From: a virus
Taxonomy: Duplodnaviria; Caudoviricetes
Length of the DNA stretch: 64,000 bases
IMG/VR virus record: IMGVR_UViG_2974736276_000001
Location: 111,775-175,774 of that record
Reading direction: 5' to 3' (one strand)
Below are positions 17,783 through 26,881 of this stretch, in pieces. Each line of letters opens with the position of its first letter. The stretch's first letter is position 1. A model generated the notes under the pieces. The model did no database searches. It was not told the DNA's origin and was given only the letters and a program-made list of their open reading frames with translations. A program made the translations under genes and the position numbers.

Positions 17783-19927
17783 TTAGTTGATAAATTTATC
17801 GGAGAAATTATCAAAGGTGATCAAGTCGAGCAGTACATCCATCTCAGGAGATGAATCAGTGATTGATTTTGAACGAGTTTCTGGATCAACTGGTTCTGGG
17901 AAGAAATCGTCTTCTTCAGCAGTTTCTTTGAGGAATCTAGAGAAGTCCAAACGCTTAACAGTTCCTTCAGTGATAAGAGCATCACCATCGTAAACTTCAG
18001 TTCCTTCATTAATTTGATCTAAAGGAATGACTGTTGATTCTATTAATGCTGATCTTGATCCGCCATTGGGTTCATTTACAGATTTAGTCCAAGCTTTGTT
18101 CAATCTAACTGCTGTACCGCGAGGAAGAATAATTTCACATTCATCGGTGTACTTGGTCAGTTTTCCTGGGAAGATAACTTTTATTTTATCTGCACCAGAA
18201 ATACACATTCCTACTTTTATATTGAAAGGACCTGAATATTTGCTCACTAACTCTTCTGAATCTGGATCAATAGAATCTAAATCACTTTCTGTGCCAATAT
18301 CTTTATTCAAAACATCTACAGTATTACCATACATTCCAACGAATGCAGGAACAAGAGAAGTCGAAACAAAGTTAGTGAAGTAGAAAATTTTATTATCGAT
18401 GGCCTTCTGAAAATCAGAGGATTTAATAGCCATTCCGCGATAAAGAGGAGTTCCTTTTGGTAGGGTAATTCCACTTTCAAATGCTTTATCTAGAGCAGGA
18501 ATGTATTTGTCTCTTACTACTGCAGCGCCAGCATCTTCACCAATCAGATAAGAGTTAATTTCACTGTAACCCGCAGAACAATAAATGTTAATAGCTTTAG
18601 CTTCAATACTATCTTCAGGAACAGGAGAATATGATTCACTGATAAGTTTGTATTGAGTAGAAACACTTCTATAAACATCATCATTGAACTGAGTTACAAT
18701 CCATTTAACGAATTGTTCACGCTGATAAGGCATTAACTCATAACCTTCGTATGTATCTACAATAAGTCCAGCCAATTTTTTAAAGATGTCTAAATGGTTC
18801 TTTCCATTAAAATCAGAAATAATATTGAAGTATTGTCTTTGCGCATTACTAACCATTTGATCAATTTCTGTTTCAGTACGAGGAGTTTTTAGTGCTGCAC
18901 TCTTATTAAAATCAGAAGTTAAACGACGAAGATTAGCTCTGAAGTCTTTAAATTGTGGAGAAGCATTTAATTTATCTTCTTCATCACCATCGTAGAACAT
19001 TTCAATATCTGTTAAACCATCTTCTACCGAGTCTTTAGTTCCAACTACAGATGCACGTGCAATTTGATAAATTTCACGATTCTCTTCACCAGATGCCTGA
19101 TGTACTGGAGGAGCAGTATTCAGTTTATCACGCGTATCAATAGCTTCTCTTGACCAAGTGTCAATTTTATTTCCTGCTACTTCTACTGGAATAGAATATT
19201 GGGCCATAATAGCATCACGACGAGAAATTTTTGTACGTGCAGCAATAGCTCTATCAGTAGTACGATTATCTTCTACTGCAGCAATAGACGCGGCAAACGC
19301 TTCATCTTTAGTTACTGGTCGACCGGATTTCTTTTCTACGTAAGTAGTACCGACTTTAGTTTCTACTGCTGTGAATAGCTCAGTACTGACCACAGGAATT
19401 CCTGGAATGTCCTCTAGTTTAACGTTCTTACGACGAATAAGTACATATGCATACTTGCTTGAATAGTCCCAGAGTTCCTTGAGTACAACATATTTGCCGC
19501 CGCCACGAGACATTGCAAGACGAGCAATAAGTCTTTGAACCGCTGGGCCTTGGCCTTTCATTTTCTTGATTGGAAGACGGAATAGAACAGCATCAAAGCG
19601 ATAGCGTTTTGCAGAATCAACGATAGTATCAAAGATAGTCGTTACTGCACCGATAGGATCTGAACCAAGTCCACCACGCAATTCACCAGTGTTGCCTTTA
19701 TCAGACAATGACATGATGAATAGCTGAACGAATTTATCGCCCATCTTAACATTCTTTACTGCATCACCATCAGACTGAAATGATACCATACGAGCCATTA
19801 ACGAGTCGTTACCAGGAACATCAAATTTCCAGATCTGTGGAACCTTCAGCTGAGGCTTTAAATTAATTACGGGATAAGTTGACGTGTTTTCATCAAACAC
19901 TTCGTCTAGTTGAATTTCTTCTGACAT
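17783..19927 (-). CDS. alt: Alt NAD-protein ADP-ribosyltransferase
   Basis: N-terminal LDEVFD..YPV.NL.P..K.PQI; R-S-E ART motifs LYRG, NFVSTSL, ECEIILPRG. Confidence 0.94.
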   Translation of the reverse strand: MSEEIQLDEVFDENTSTYPVINLKPQLKVPQIWKFDVPGNDSLMARMVSFQSDGDAVKNVKMGDKFVQLFIMSLSDKGNTGELRGGLGSDPIGAVTTIFDTIVDSAKRYRFDAVLFRLPIKKMKGQGPAVQRLIARLAMSRGGGKYVVLKELWDYSSKYAYVLIRRKNVKLEDIPGIPVVSTELFTAVETKVGTTYVEKKSGRPVTKDEAFAASIAAVEDNRTTDRAIAARTKISRRDAIMAQYSIPVEVAGNKIDTWSREAIDTRDKLNTAPPVHQASGEENREIYQIARASVVGTKDSVEDGLTDIEMFYDGDEEDKLNASPQFKDFRANLRRLTSDFNKSAALKTPRTETEIDQMVSNAQRQYFNIISDFNGKNHLDIFKKLAGLIVDTYEGYELMPYQREQFVKWIVTQFNDDVYRSVSTQYKLISESYSPVPEDSIEAKAINIYCSAGYSEINSYLIGEDAGAAVVRDKYIPALDKAFESGITLPKGTPLYRGMAIKSSDFQKAIDNKIFYFTNFVSTSLVPAFVGMYGNTVDVLNKDIGTESDLDSIDPDSEELVSKYSGPFNIKVGMCISGADKIKVIFPGKLTKYTDECEIILPRGTAVRLNKAWTKSVNEPNGGSRSALIESTVIPLDQINEGTEVYDGDALITEGTVKRLDFSRFLKETAEEDDFFPEPVDPETRSKSITDSSPEMDVLLDLITFDNFSDKFIN

Positions 19928-19959
19928 TATTTAGTCCTTATAGTGCTGCTAATATCAGG

Positions 19960-19967
19960 TATTTATA
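19960..19967 (-). promoter_or_regulatory. late promoter for alt
   Basis: TATAAATA on minus strand. Confidence 0.8.
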
Positions 19968-19971
19968 TGAC

Positions 19972-19991
19972 AAAGGGGCCGAAGCCCCTTT
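19972..19991 (-). terminator. UUCG terminator
   Basis: AAAGGGGC-TTCG-GCCCCTTT. Confidence 0.8.
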
Positions 19992-19993
19992 CA

Positions 19994-20185
19994 TTAGTAA
20001 AGCTTAGTCGCTGTGCGATAAACTTTGGCGAAATCTGATAACTTCTGATGAGCATCATATGTCAAAATGAATTTATCTGCATCAGATTGATACACGAATG
20101 GAAGAATAACGTGTGTTACTGCGGTGTTTTTCTCACCGCCTTCTTTATTCGTTATTACGATAGTTTCTAGAGCCACGTTGAACAT
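19994..20185 (-). CDS. Alt.1-like protein
   Basis: 63 aa ending YRTATKLY; between ligase and alt. Confidence 0.7.
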   Translation of the reverse strand: MFNVALETIVITNKEGGEKNTAVTHVILPFVYQSDADKFILTYDAHQKLSDFAKVYRTATKLY

Positions 20186-21684
20186 TATTTAATTCCTGTT
20201 GCTTGAGTAAAGTCAACACCGAAGATTTCTTCGAATGTGTTGGCATCAGTTTTATCACGACGAATCTTCTTAATGATCGGTAAGAACAAGCTTACATAAG
20301 CTTCTTTACGGCCTTCAGAAGTCAACCAGTTATTACATTCACCTTCAAAAATAACACCAATCAGTTCATCACGAATTGACCACAGATATTCGCGATCGAG
20401 TTCATCACGTTCATCGAAAGGAATACGAATCCATTCATCTTTATCATTTTTAACATGAGTAGTATCTTTAAAGCCTGAACCAGCTTTTACTCGAATACGA
20501 CCACATTTAGAACGAAGATAAACACCACCAAGTTTGTTCGGATCTTTTTTATGGACATAGGTATCAACACATTCGAGATCAAATGAAATTACTTCTTTGA
20601 ACTTCACCTGATTTTTAGAACGTTTATCTTCCCAAATACCGTTGATGTTTTTGAGGATGATACCTTCTAGACCCATTTCGATATATTTGGCGTATATAAC
20701 ACGAGCTTCGTTAATGTCTTTAACCAAGAAGTTTTCGATCAAGATAACTCGACTCAACCCCTGGACTGCATTACGCAATTCATCAAAACGAACTTGATAA
20801 TGAGCAGACTTATAACCTTGATAAGCTGTCAATGGAACAAAATCCCAGACCTGGAATTTAACACCTTGAGATTCAGTAGATGAAATAGTTCCTTTTAGAG
20901 ACTTATTCATGATACCGTTCGATGCAGTACGTGAAGCATTATCTGCCATCACTTCAGCAACATCTTCTGATTCTTCAGCACCGAATAAATGATCAAGTGA
21001 AGGTTCAATTTGTTCTTCTACTGGGAACCAGACCAATTCGCCATCAACCAAAATACCATCAGGGTGAATAGCACGAGCAGTTTCAGTAGCTTTAATCAAT
21101 TCAAGTTTTAGAAGATCTAGACCTTGATATTCATTACCTGAACGTGTTAATAGCTTAACATCATTAACAGTATCACCTTTAATTTCAGCAAAGCATCGAG
21201 CACCATCAGCTTTTAATTGAGCATAAGCCGGGAACTGAATATGAGATACGTTCTTTTCTGAATAAGGATTAGCCAACATCTGAGGCTGTGCTGGAATTAA
21301 GTTCTTCCAGACTTTATTTGCGATAGTCGAACCAGCACCGATACGCAAATCACGATCAATAACACGACGAATAACTTCAACATCAGCAGGCTTCATGTCT
21401 GCAATAAAATCAGCCAGAGTTTTGATTGCTTCATTACCAGTAACTTTACGTGTTGCTAATGTGTTCTCGAGTAAATCAAGACCATCTTCAAGTGTCAACA
21501 TACCAAAACTTTGAGACACTTCACCGGCTTGAGGGAATTTTTTAATTCCGAACATTATGCGCTTGGAATAAGCTAGTTTAAAGACTCGTTTAAGTACTTC
21601 ATTATCTTTATTATCTTGGATAATTTGCTGCTTAATTTTAGAAGAACCTGTCGCTGCTACTTTGTTTAAAATATCAAGAATCAT
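20185..21684 (-). CDS. 30: ATP-dependent DNA ligase gp30
   Basis: QLKADGAR adenylation motif, DGELV, EGIILKN, LFLPI. Confidence 0.98.
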   Translation of the reverse strand: MILDILNKVAATGSSKIKQQIIQDNKDNEVLKRVFKLAYSKRIMFGIKKFPQAGEVSQSFGMLTLEDGLDLLENTLATRKVTGNEAIKTLADFIADMKPADVEVIRRVIDRDLRIGAGSTIANKVWKNLIPAQPQMLANPYSEKNVSHIQFPAYAQLKADGARCFAEIKGDTVNDVKLLTRSGNEYQGLDLLKLELIKATETARAIHPDGILVDGELVWFPVEEQIEPSLDHLFGAEESEDVAEVMADNASRTASNGIMNKSLKGTISSTESQGVKFQVWDFVPLTAYQGYKSAHYQVRFDELRNAVQGLSRVILIENFLVKDINEARVIYAKYIEMGLEGIILKNINGIWEDKRSKNQVKFKEVISFDLECVDTYVHKKDPNKLGGVYLRSKCGRIRVKAGSGFKDTTHVKNDKDEWIRIPFDERDELDREYLWSIRDELIGVIFEGECNNWLTSEGRKEAYVSLFLPIIKKIRRDKTDANTFEEIFGVDFTQATGIK

Positions 21685-21711
21685 AATCACCTCTTTGTTT
21701 TCTATATCATA

Positions 21712-22002
21712 TCACAAAACACTTACAGCGCTATCATCGATTTTAGACTTCAACTCATCGACTTCTGTCTGAAGTTCTTCGAGTGTACGATGATATAGAA
21801 GCCAAGGTTCGTCCAACGGAAATACTGGCTGAACTTGTGTCACAAAGATTTTCCCTGATGTAATAGCTTCATCAAAGATTTTTCGTTCAACCGGAGCACC
21901 GTATTGTTGTTTGAACAGACCGAGGCGATAAGCCCCTCGGTCTTCTAATTTACGAGTACGTTGGTTCCAATAAAAGACACTAAAGAACTTAGGCGCTGTC
22001 AT
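21712..22002 (-). CDS. 30.1: gp30.1-like protein
   Basis: F.VFYWN...R.LEDRG.YR; probable start MTAPKFF; synteny. Confidence 0.7.
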   Translation of the reverse strand: MTAPKFFSVFYWNQRTRKLEDRGAYRLGLFKQQYGAPVERKIFDEAITSGKIFVTQVQPVFPLDEPWLLYHRTLEELQTEVDELKSKIDDSAVSVL

Positions 22003-22006
22003 AATA

Positions 22007-22957
22007 TTAACCTGTGATGATTGGTAAATTCGCCATTCCAAGTAATGCTGTTCCACCTGGAGAACATGTCAATCGTGGAAATTTAGCCCATTCTGGAATA
22101 TCACCAGTTTTTGAAGGTGGAATACTTGGAGTTCCTACACCAGGATACACAGGATCACAAGGTGTCATTGGATATGGATAAGGCGGATCGCAGGGTGTCA
22201 TTGGTTTAACCCATTCCTCAGACCATTTCGGAATCGAAATTTCTGGAATACGATTATCTTCTTTGTAATCATCGAATTCTTTCAAAATATCTTGAAGACT
22301 TTTTGTATCTTCTTTGACAGTTTCTTTTTTAACTACCGGAAGAGACATTCCAATCGCCCACTCAAGGTCGTTCCAGTCACGAACCTTTTTGTGTGGATTA
22401 ACCGGAGAATCATCGCGATGACCGCGTGGCATCCAGAAGATTGGGCAATCAAGTTCATCATATGCTGTATCAACATGACCGGGCATATCGTCAACAAATG
22501 CAACTACATCGCCTTTATATTTCTCATTAACTTTACGTAGTAATGAGGCCTTTGATTCATTATGACCGCATACAAAAATATCGTCAAATGCATCTGGGAA
22601 TAATGCTTGTAGGTTAAACTTACGATTGAGCATTGAATCAACATCTGTTCCAAGCGCTGTTACAGCAACGAAACGATATTTACTTTTCAGTCTATTGATA
22701 ACTGACAATGCATCAGAGTAAGGCGCCAAATAACGGATGAAGTCACTTGAATTATATTTCTTCATCAGCTTATTAGCCAAGTCTTCATGGCAATCAAACA
22801 GCTGAGCAGGTGGAACAAAAATATCTTCAATAATTAAATCGAGGATATGCTGCAATGGCAAATTATATTTCTGCGCAAAGTAAGGTAGACCCGATTGCCA
22901 CTTTACTACTACACCATCGATATCGGTTGCGATAACCGGAAGGTCTTCACGATTCAT
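22007..22957 (-). CDS. 30.2: gp30.2 HAD-family phosphatase-like protein with Pro-rich C-terminal extension
   Basis: TDIDGV..KWQSGLPYFAQKY; FVDD motif. Confidence 0.9.
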   Translation of the reverse strand: MNREDLPVIATDIDGVVVKWQSGLPYFAQKYNLPLQHILDLIIEDIFVPPAQLFDCHEDLANKLMKKYNSSDFIRYLAPYSDALSVINRLKSKYRFVAVTALGTDVDSMLNRKFNLQALFPDAFDDIFVCGHNESKASLLRKVNEKYKGDVVAFVDDMPGHVDTAYDELDCPIFWMPRGHRDDSPVNPHKKVRDWNDLEWAIGMSLPVVKKETVKEDTKSLQDILKEFDDYKEDNRIPEISIPKWSEEWVKPMTPCDPPYPYPMTPCDPVYPGVGTPSIPPSKTGDIPEWAKFPRLTCSPGGTALLGMANLPIITG

Positions 22958-23137
22958 TTATACCTCAAACATTTTACGGTATTTTTCCAGGTCTATTTCT
23001 GATTCATAATTGAACATCAGAACTTGACCTCCATTTTTCAAATGCTGGTGAGCTTTCAACATTCGAAGTTGCATTTCAATGCCCGACTTACTCGGGCTAA
23101 TATCAAATAGAACCATAACATTATCTGGAGTTAGCAT
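22958..23137 (-). CDS. hypothetical protein (59 aa)
   Basis: Manual translation MLTPDNVMVLFDISPSKSG...RKMFEV exactly fills the gap, coupled at both ends. Confidence 0.55.
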   Translation of the reverse strand: MLTPDNVMVLFDISPSKSGIEMQLRMLKAHQHLKNGGQVLMFNYESEIDLEKYRKMFEV

Positions 23138-23532
23138 TATTTGGTTCTCTCCACACTGTTATCGCCATATACAGAATGGCCATTTGATACCAACATTCTT
23201 TCACCAAGATCGTTGATTGTCTGAACCATAGTTTTAGTTACAAGAAGAACAGAATAAGATTTTCCTACAGTAAACATATCGCGATAATCTTTATGAACAG
23301 ATGTCCATGTCAATACGGCAGGATTAATAACTTCATCAAGCATACCAGCCAAAGACTTGAATTCATTTGCTTCAAAAATACGAGAAGCTCGGAATGAGAT
23401 AATCATCTGATCTTCAAAATCATCATAATCAATAGTCAAAATCTGAATGTTATATGAACGCATTAAATCAGTTAATTCACGAGTAACACTTGAAACATTG
23501 ATAGTATCGATAATCATATTTTTCTCACTCAA
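23137..23532 (-). CDS. hypothetical protein
   Basis: ORF in 30.x cluster. Confidence 0.55.
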   Translation of the reverse strand: MSEKNMIIDTINVSSVTRELTDLMRSYNIQILTIDYDDFEDQMIISFRASRIFEANEFKSLAGMLDEVINPAVLTWTSVHKDYRDMFTVGKSYSVLLVTKTMVQTINDLGERMLVSNGHSVYGDNSVERTK

Positions 23533-23728
23533 GTAAAAGAATTAGTGTTGGATTATTGGGAGGAAGAATAAGCTCCAAAGAGCTCTCCGGTTCTTCACTT
23601 TTATTCCCATCTACCCATTCTACTACATACCACGGCTCTTGTACATACTTATTTGCAGGAGCGCATTGGATAATATGTCCAGGTAGTCGTAATCCTACCT
23701 TTGTGACGCCAGTACCAGGTTTGTACAT
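23525..23728 (-). CDS. gp30.5-like protein
   Basis: G..V....LPG.I......Y.VEWVDG SH3-like pattern. Confidence 0.6.
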   Translation of the reverse strand: MYKPGTGVTKVGLRLPGHIIQCAPANKYVQEPWYVVEWVDGNKSEEPESSLELILPPNNPTLILLLE

Positions 23729-23931
23729 AATACTTCCTTAGTTGTTCTAACAACTCGAACGTCAGACCATTTATCGAGACCTTGTTCTTTGTTATGATAG
23801 AAAATTTTAACTTTTTGCACTACTTCAGCGAGAGTGCGATTAGTGGCAATTGCTTGCCATTTCAGTGTTTTTGAATCCTGCAGATAAAATTCAAACGATA
23901 CTTCATCTGCAAATTGCTGAGTATCAATCAT
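23695..23931 (-). CDS. hypothetical protein
   Basis: ATGA-coupled small ORF. Confidence 0.55.
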   Translation of the reverse strand: MIDTQQFADEVSFEFYLQDSKTLKWQAIATNRTLAEVVQKVKIFYHNKEQGLDKWSDVRVVRTTKEVLCTNLVLASQR

Positions 23932-24161
23932 AAAAATTTCCTTTGAATTTTCACTTCCACAAGTTTAACTGTACCAAACACAGTTTGACACTTTAACCCA
24001 ACCATGAAGTCTCGGTCTTTTACAGCAACTTCTTTAGTGAGACCTTTACGATGGAGTTTCCAACCTTCAGGTATATCGGTCCAATTACCCTCAGCTGGAG
24101 TTTTATAATAAATGTACATGTCGTACAAAGTTTCATTTTCAATGATTTCTAAATTTTTCAT
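23928..24161 (-). CDS. hypothetical protein
   Basis: ATGA-coupled small ORF. Confidence 0.55.
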   Translation of the reverse strand: MKNLEIIENETLYDMYIYYKTPAEGNWTDIPEGWKLHRKGLTKEVAVKDRDFMVGLKCQTVFGTVKLVEVKIQRKFL

Positions 24162-24355
24162 AGTGAACTCACCAATTCAATTTCTTTAACCAAGAAAACT
24201 TTATAAGCATCATAAAGATCTTCATCACCAATATTTTTACTTAGACTCTCAAACTTGCGATACATCTCATCAGCCGAATGTTCACTGAGATAATAGCGAA
24301 TTTCTTCCCACACATGATTGGAACGAATACGCCCTTTAATTCGATAAGTAATCAT
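24158..24355 (-). CDS. hypothetical protein
   Basis: ATGA-coupled small ORF. Confidence 0.55.
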   Translation of the reverse strand: MITYRIKGRIRSNHVWEEIRYYLSEHSADEMYRKFESLSKNIGDEDLYDAYKVFLVKEIELVSSL

Positions 24356-24522
24356 AGCTTATCCGCATACGTTGGAAGTTCAAAGAAATCAGAAGCATCC
24401 AGTTCATAATGGACAAACGCTAATGATGCTTGGGTGTTCGCTGAAACGATTTCAACCATCGGGTTCTCAATCATTGAGCGTTCAAATTTGCGAGCTTCTG
24501 ACATAGGTACACGAATTTTCAT
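24352..24522 (-). CDS. hypothetical protein (56 aa)
   Basis: Manual translation MKIRVPMSEARKFERSMIENP...PTYADKL, coupled to next ORF. Confidence 0.5.
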   Translation of the reverse strand: MKIRVPMSEARKFERSMIENPMVEIVSANTQASLAFVHYELDASDFFELPTYADKL

Positions 24523-24523
24523 T

Positions 24524-24682
24524 TCATTTTCCTTTACATAATTCTACTGTTGCATAAACAAACATAGCGCCTACACTGTAACTCGAGATGAATTTTTTCA
24601 GAAAAACTGCTAACTCACTATCAATATTAAAGATGTATAAAACTACCCACACAATAGCTAAAAATATATTAAAAATCGGCAT
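24524..24682 (-). CDS. small membrane protein (52 aa)
   Basis: Manual translation MPIFNIFLAIVWVVLYIF...; GAGG SD. Confidence 0.5.
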   Translation of the reverse strand: MPIFNIFLAIVWVVLYIFNIDSELAVFLKKFISSYSVGAMFVYATVELCKGK

Positions 24683-24712
24683 AATATTTTCCTCAAAGGA
24701 GACCCGAAGGTC

Positions 24713-25078
24713 TCAGTTCAATTCATTAAGTTCCATAAGAACATCTTTAACGAATTCAATCTCTTCAGTAGTTGCACCAATACGAGCAATCTGAGTGCGA
24801 GTCCAAACTCGGAAAAGCGTATCTTTATAAGAACTAACATAAGATGGATGAGAACTTAAATCACGTTCACGAACATCATCGTCTGAAGTGATTTTGAAAA
24901 CTCCAGCTTTAGCCTTTACACCCAAGGTCAAACCAGATTCAAACTGGATGTGTGCTTCATTTTCCAGTTCATACCAATGGACCTGAGCAACAGCACCATC
25001 ACGATGGACATGAACCTGGATGTAATCATCAATAGAAAGAGAAGATGGTTTTACGTACTTAGTAGTGAAAGTTGACAT
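24713..25078 (-). CDS. hypothetical early protein
   Basis: GGAG SD; own early promoter; followed by GAGACC-TTCG-GGTCTC hairpin. Confidence 0.65.
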   Translation of the reverse strand: MSTFTTKYVKPSSLSIDDYIQVHVHRDGAVAQVHWYELENEAHIQFESGLTLGVKAKAGVFKITSDDDVRERDLSSHPSYVSSYKDTLFRVWTRTQIARIGATTEEIEFVKDVLMELNELN

Positions 25079-25114
25079 TTTATTCTCCGTTACTCAATTT
25101 GTTTTGGTAGGGTT

Positions 25115-25144
25115 ATAGTATTACACCATAACCCTGTTGTACAC
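25115..25144 (-). promoter_or_regulatory. early promoter
   Basis: GTGTAC-18-TACTAT. Confidence 0.7.
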
Positions 25145-25148
25145 AACT

Positions 25149-25499
25149 TTATGCATTTTTTGTCCAAAAGTCCAAATCAACAACACCTTTGGCTTTCATT
25201 GATTCAATCAAGTTCTCAGCCCGAGTGCGAGAGTTTTCGTACCAGACGTGATCACCATCTTCGTAAGACTCTTCACGAATACGACCACGAATAGAAGTGT
25301 TAAGCTGATACACTTCACCAGTGAAGAAATTGGTAAGAACAATGTAGTATTCATTGTCATCCGATGGACCATCTGGAGTCATGCATTCGATGAAGTCTCC
25401 TTGATAAGATTTCAAGAACCACATTGTTTCTTCGACAGTTTGGCGTTTGTAACCGTCATGGTCAGCACATTTGATAGTTTTGTTAAGATTGATTTTCAT
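25149..25499 (-). CDS. 30.8: gp30.8-like protein
   Basis: ETMWFL...GD.IE..T....NFFTG.VY.LNT.I.G.I. Confidence 0.85.
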   Translation of the reverse strand: MKINLNKTIKCADHDGYKRQTVEETMWFLKSYQGDFIECMTPDGPSDDNEYYIVLTNFFTGEVYQLNTSIRGRIREESYEDGDHVWYENSRTRAENLIESMKAKGVVDLDFWTKNA

Positions 25500-25538
25500 T
25501 TTATTCTCCGTGGGTGTTTGTTTTTTTGGTACAGTGCT

Positions 25539-25567
25539 ATAATAACAAACTGGGAGAGAAGGTACAC
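25539..25567 (-). promoter_or_regulatory. early promoter
   Basis: GTGTAC-17-TATTAT. Confidence 0.7.
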
Positions 25568-25590
25568 AGTTTTGTGCATAGAGTAGAAAT

Positions 25591-25620
25591 AAAAAAAATG
25601 GGACTCCAAAAAGGAGTCCC
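25591..25620 (-). terminator. terminator after 30.9
   Basis: GGGACTCC-TTTTT-GGAGTCCC-A-T8. Confidence 0.8.
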
Positions 25621-25627
25621 GATAGGA

Positions 25628-25822
25628 TTACTTAGCTCGAGCTTTACGCTCATCTTCGCGAACAGTCTTTGGCTTGTACGCTGAAGCCGCAATAGCTTTA
25701 CGAGCCAGACGTTTGAGCTGTGCACCCAATACGTCTACACGCTTGTTTGATTTGCGTTTGTAACCAGCGCGTTTGGAGGTACCAGTCACTTCTTTAACTG
25801 CTTTTACTTTAGCTTTTGCCAT
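25628..25822 (-). CDS. 30.9: gp30.9 small basic protein
   Basis: MAKAK...GTSKRAGYKR.SN.R. Confidence 0.9.
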   Translation of the reverse strand: MAKAKVKAVKEVTGTSKRAGYKRKSNKRVDVLGAQLKRLARKAIAASAYKPKTVREDERKARAK

Positions 25823-26154
25823 TTTGACAAATCCTCAATAGAGGTGAATAAGTGGCGACACGTTCTTCTCATGTTTACATGAGTTGTATTCGCCGAAAGG
25901 CCTCGAAGGCTACGGAAGGTTTCGAACTTTTTACGTGAAGATAACCTACAACGTCCACATCATACGTTACCCATGCGTACACACGGTGTACGCATGAAAT
26001 ATACAATCTCTTATCTGTTGCTCACCGTTAGCCTAAAGGGTCCGGGACTGATTACTCAGGGAATAAGATACACACCAATGAATGTGTAGGCCATGAGGAG
26101 CACTCCCGATTAGTCATTGCCTCAGGGTGTCATGCACTTGCCGATTATACAAAA
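25823..26154 (-). ncRNA. candidate structured RNA (intergenic or 30.9 leader)
   Basis: 332 nt with no ORF >=60 aa, less AT-rich than other spacers, with many stems identified by eye. Confidence 0.5.
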
Positions 26155-26403
26155 TTACTTCAAAGTCACTACAAAATGACGTACTGCTTTATGAGCTGAA
26201 CTACACAAAGGTTTTGCATATTTCAATTCATCTAACTGAAGCAGATCAACTTCCAAAGCTTTCTGAGTAGGATTCAGATGTTTGAAATATTGAAGAATGT
26301 CCAGTACTGCTGCTTTTACATCGATTGATGCACCCAGATTCTCGTGGCCAGCGTTATAAGCTTTACGCTGAATTGAAATTACATACTTGATAAGATCTTG
26401 CAT
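26155..26403 (-). CDS. rIII: RIII lysis inhibition accessory protein
   Basis: QR.A.NAGHEN.GASIDV.A....IL.YFKHLNP.Q...HFVVTLK. Confidence 0.95.
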   Translation of the reverse strand: MQDLIKYVISIQRKAYNAGHENLGASIDVKAAVLDILQYFKHLNPTQKALEVDLLQLDELKYAKPLCSSAHKAVRHFVVTLK

Positions 26404-26498
26404 TAAAGAAGCCTCAAATGAGGTTAGTAAAAAGGTGGAGCCTTGAAACGCATTTTGTTCAACGCATCTCCACCAACCTGTAAGTTATTCTTACAATA

Positions 26499-26825
26499 CT
26501 ATTTATACACGCAAGAAAGTGACTTATAGTGGCATGTCACGAATTTTTGCTTAATTTCTTTCGCTTTTTTAACGCCCAAAGCAACAGCAGGATGAGTAAC
26601 ATTGCGAACATTTCCTACTGGCAGAGGAGTCAAATCGCCGATTTCAACAAATCCGGCAGGAACATCATCACCAATAGCATAGATCTGGCACATATCTGGT
26701 AATTGGCCTTGAGTTTCTTTACCAAGAATAATACCGCCAGCAGACTGAATTTCATCGCCTTGCTGAGGTGGTTCAGAAACCAAGATTACATATTCACCAA
26801 GAGCTTTAATAGGAAGGTCTGACAT
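26499..26825 (-). CDS. 31: gp31 GroES-like co-chaperonin
   Basis: [18 protein letters not shown]...FVTCHYK. Confidence 0.96.
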   Translation of the reverse strand: MSDLPIKALGEYVILVSEPPQQGDEIQSAGGIILGKETQGQLPDMCQIYAIGDDVPAGFVEIGDLTPLPVGNVRNVTHPAVALGVKKAKEIKQKFVTCHYKSLSCVYK

Positions 26826-26854
26826 AAAACACCAACGTTGTTTAACATGTAGTA

Positions 26855-26881
26855 ATAATAACATCCTTGTCATTAAGCATA
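26855..26881 (-). promoter_or_regulatory. middle promoter for gene 31
   Basis: ATGCTTA MotA-like box, 13 nt, TATTAT. Confidence 0.55.

Noticed and set aside
25823-26154. tRNA, SAM-I riboswitch, hammerhead or intron identity for the structured spacer
   Set aside because: No cloverleaf or diagnostic catalytic or ligand-binding consensus found by eye; kept only as an unassigned candidate RNA
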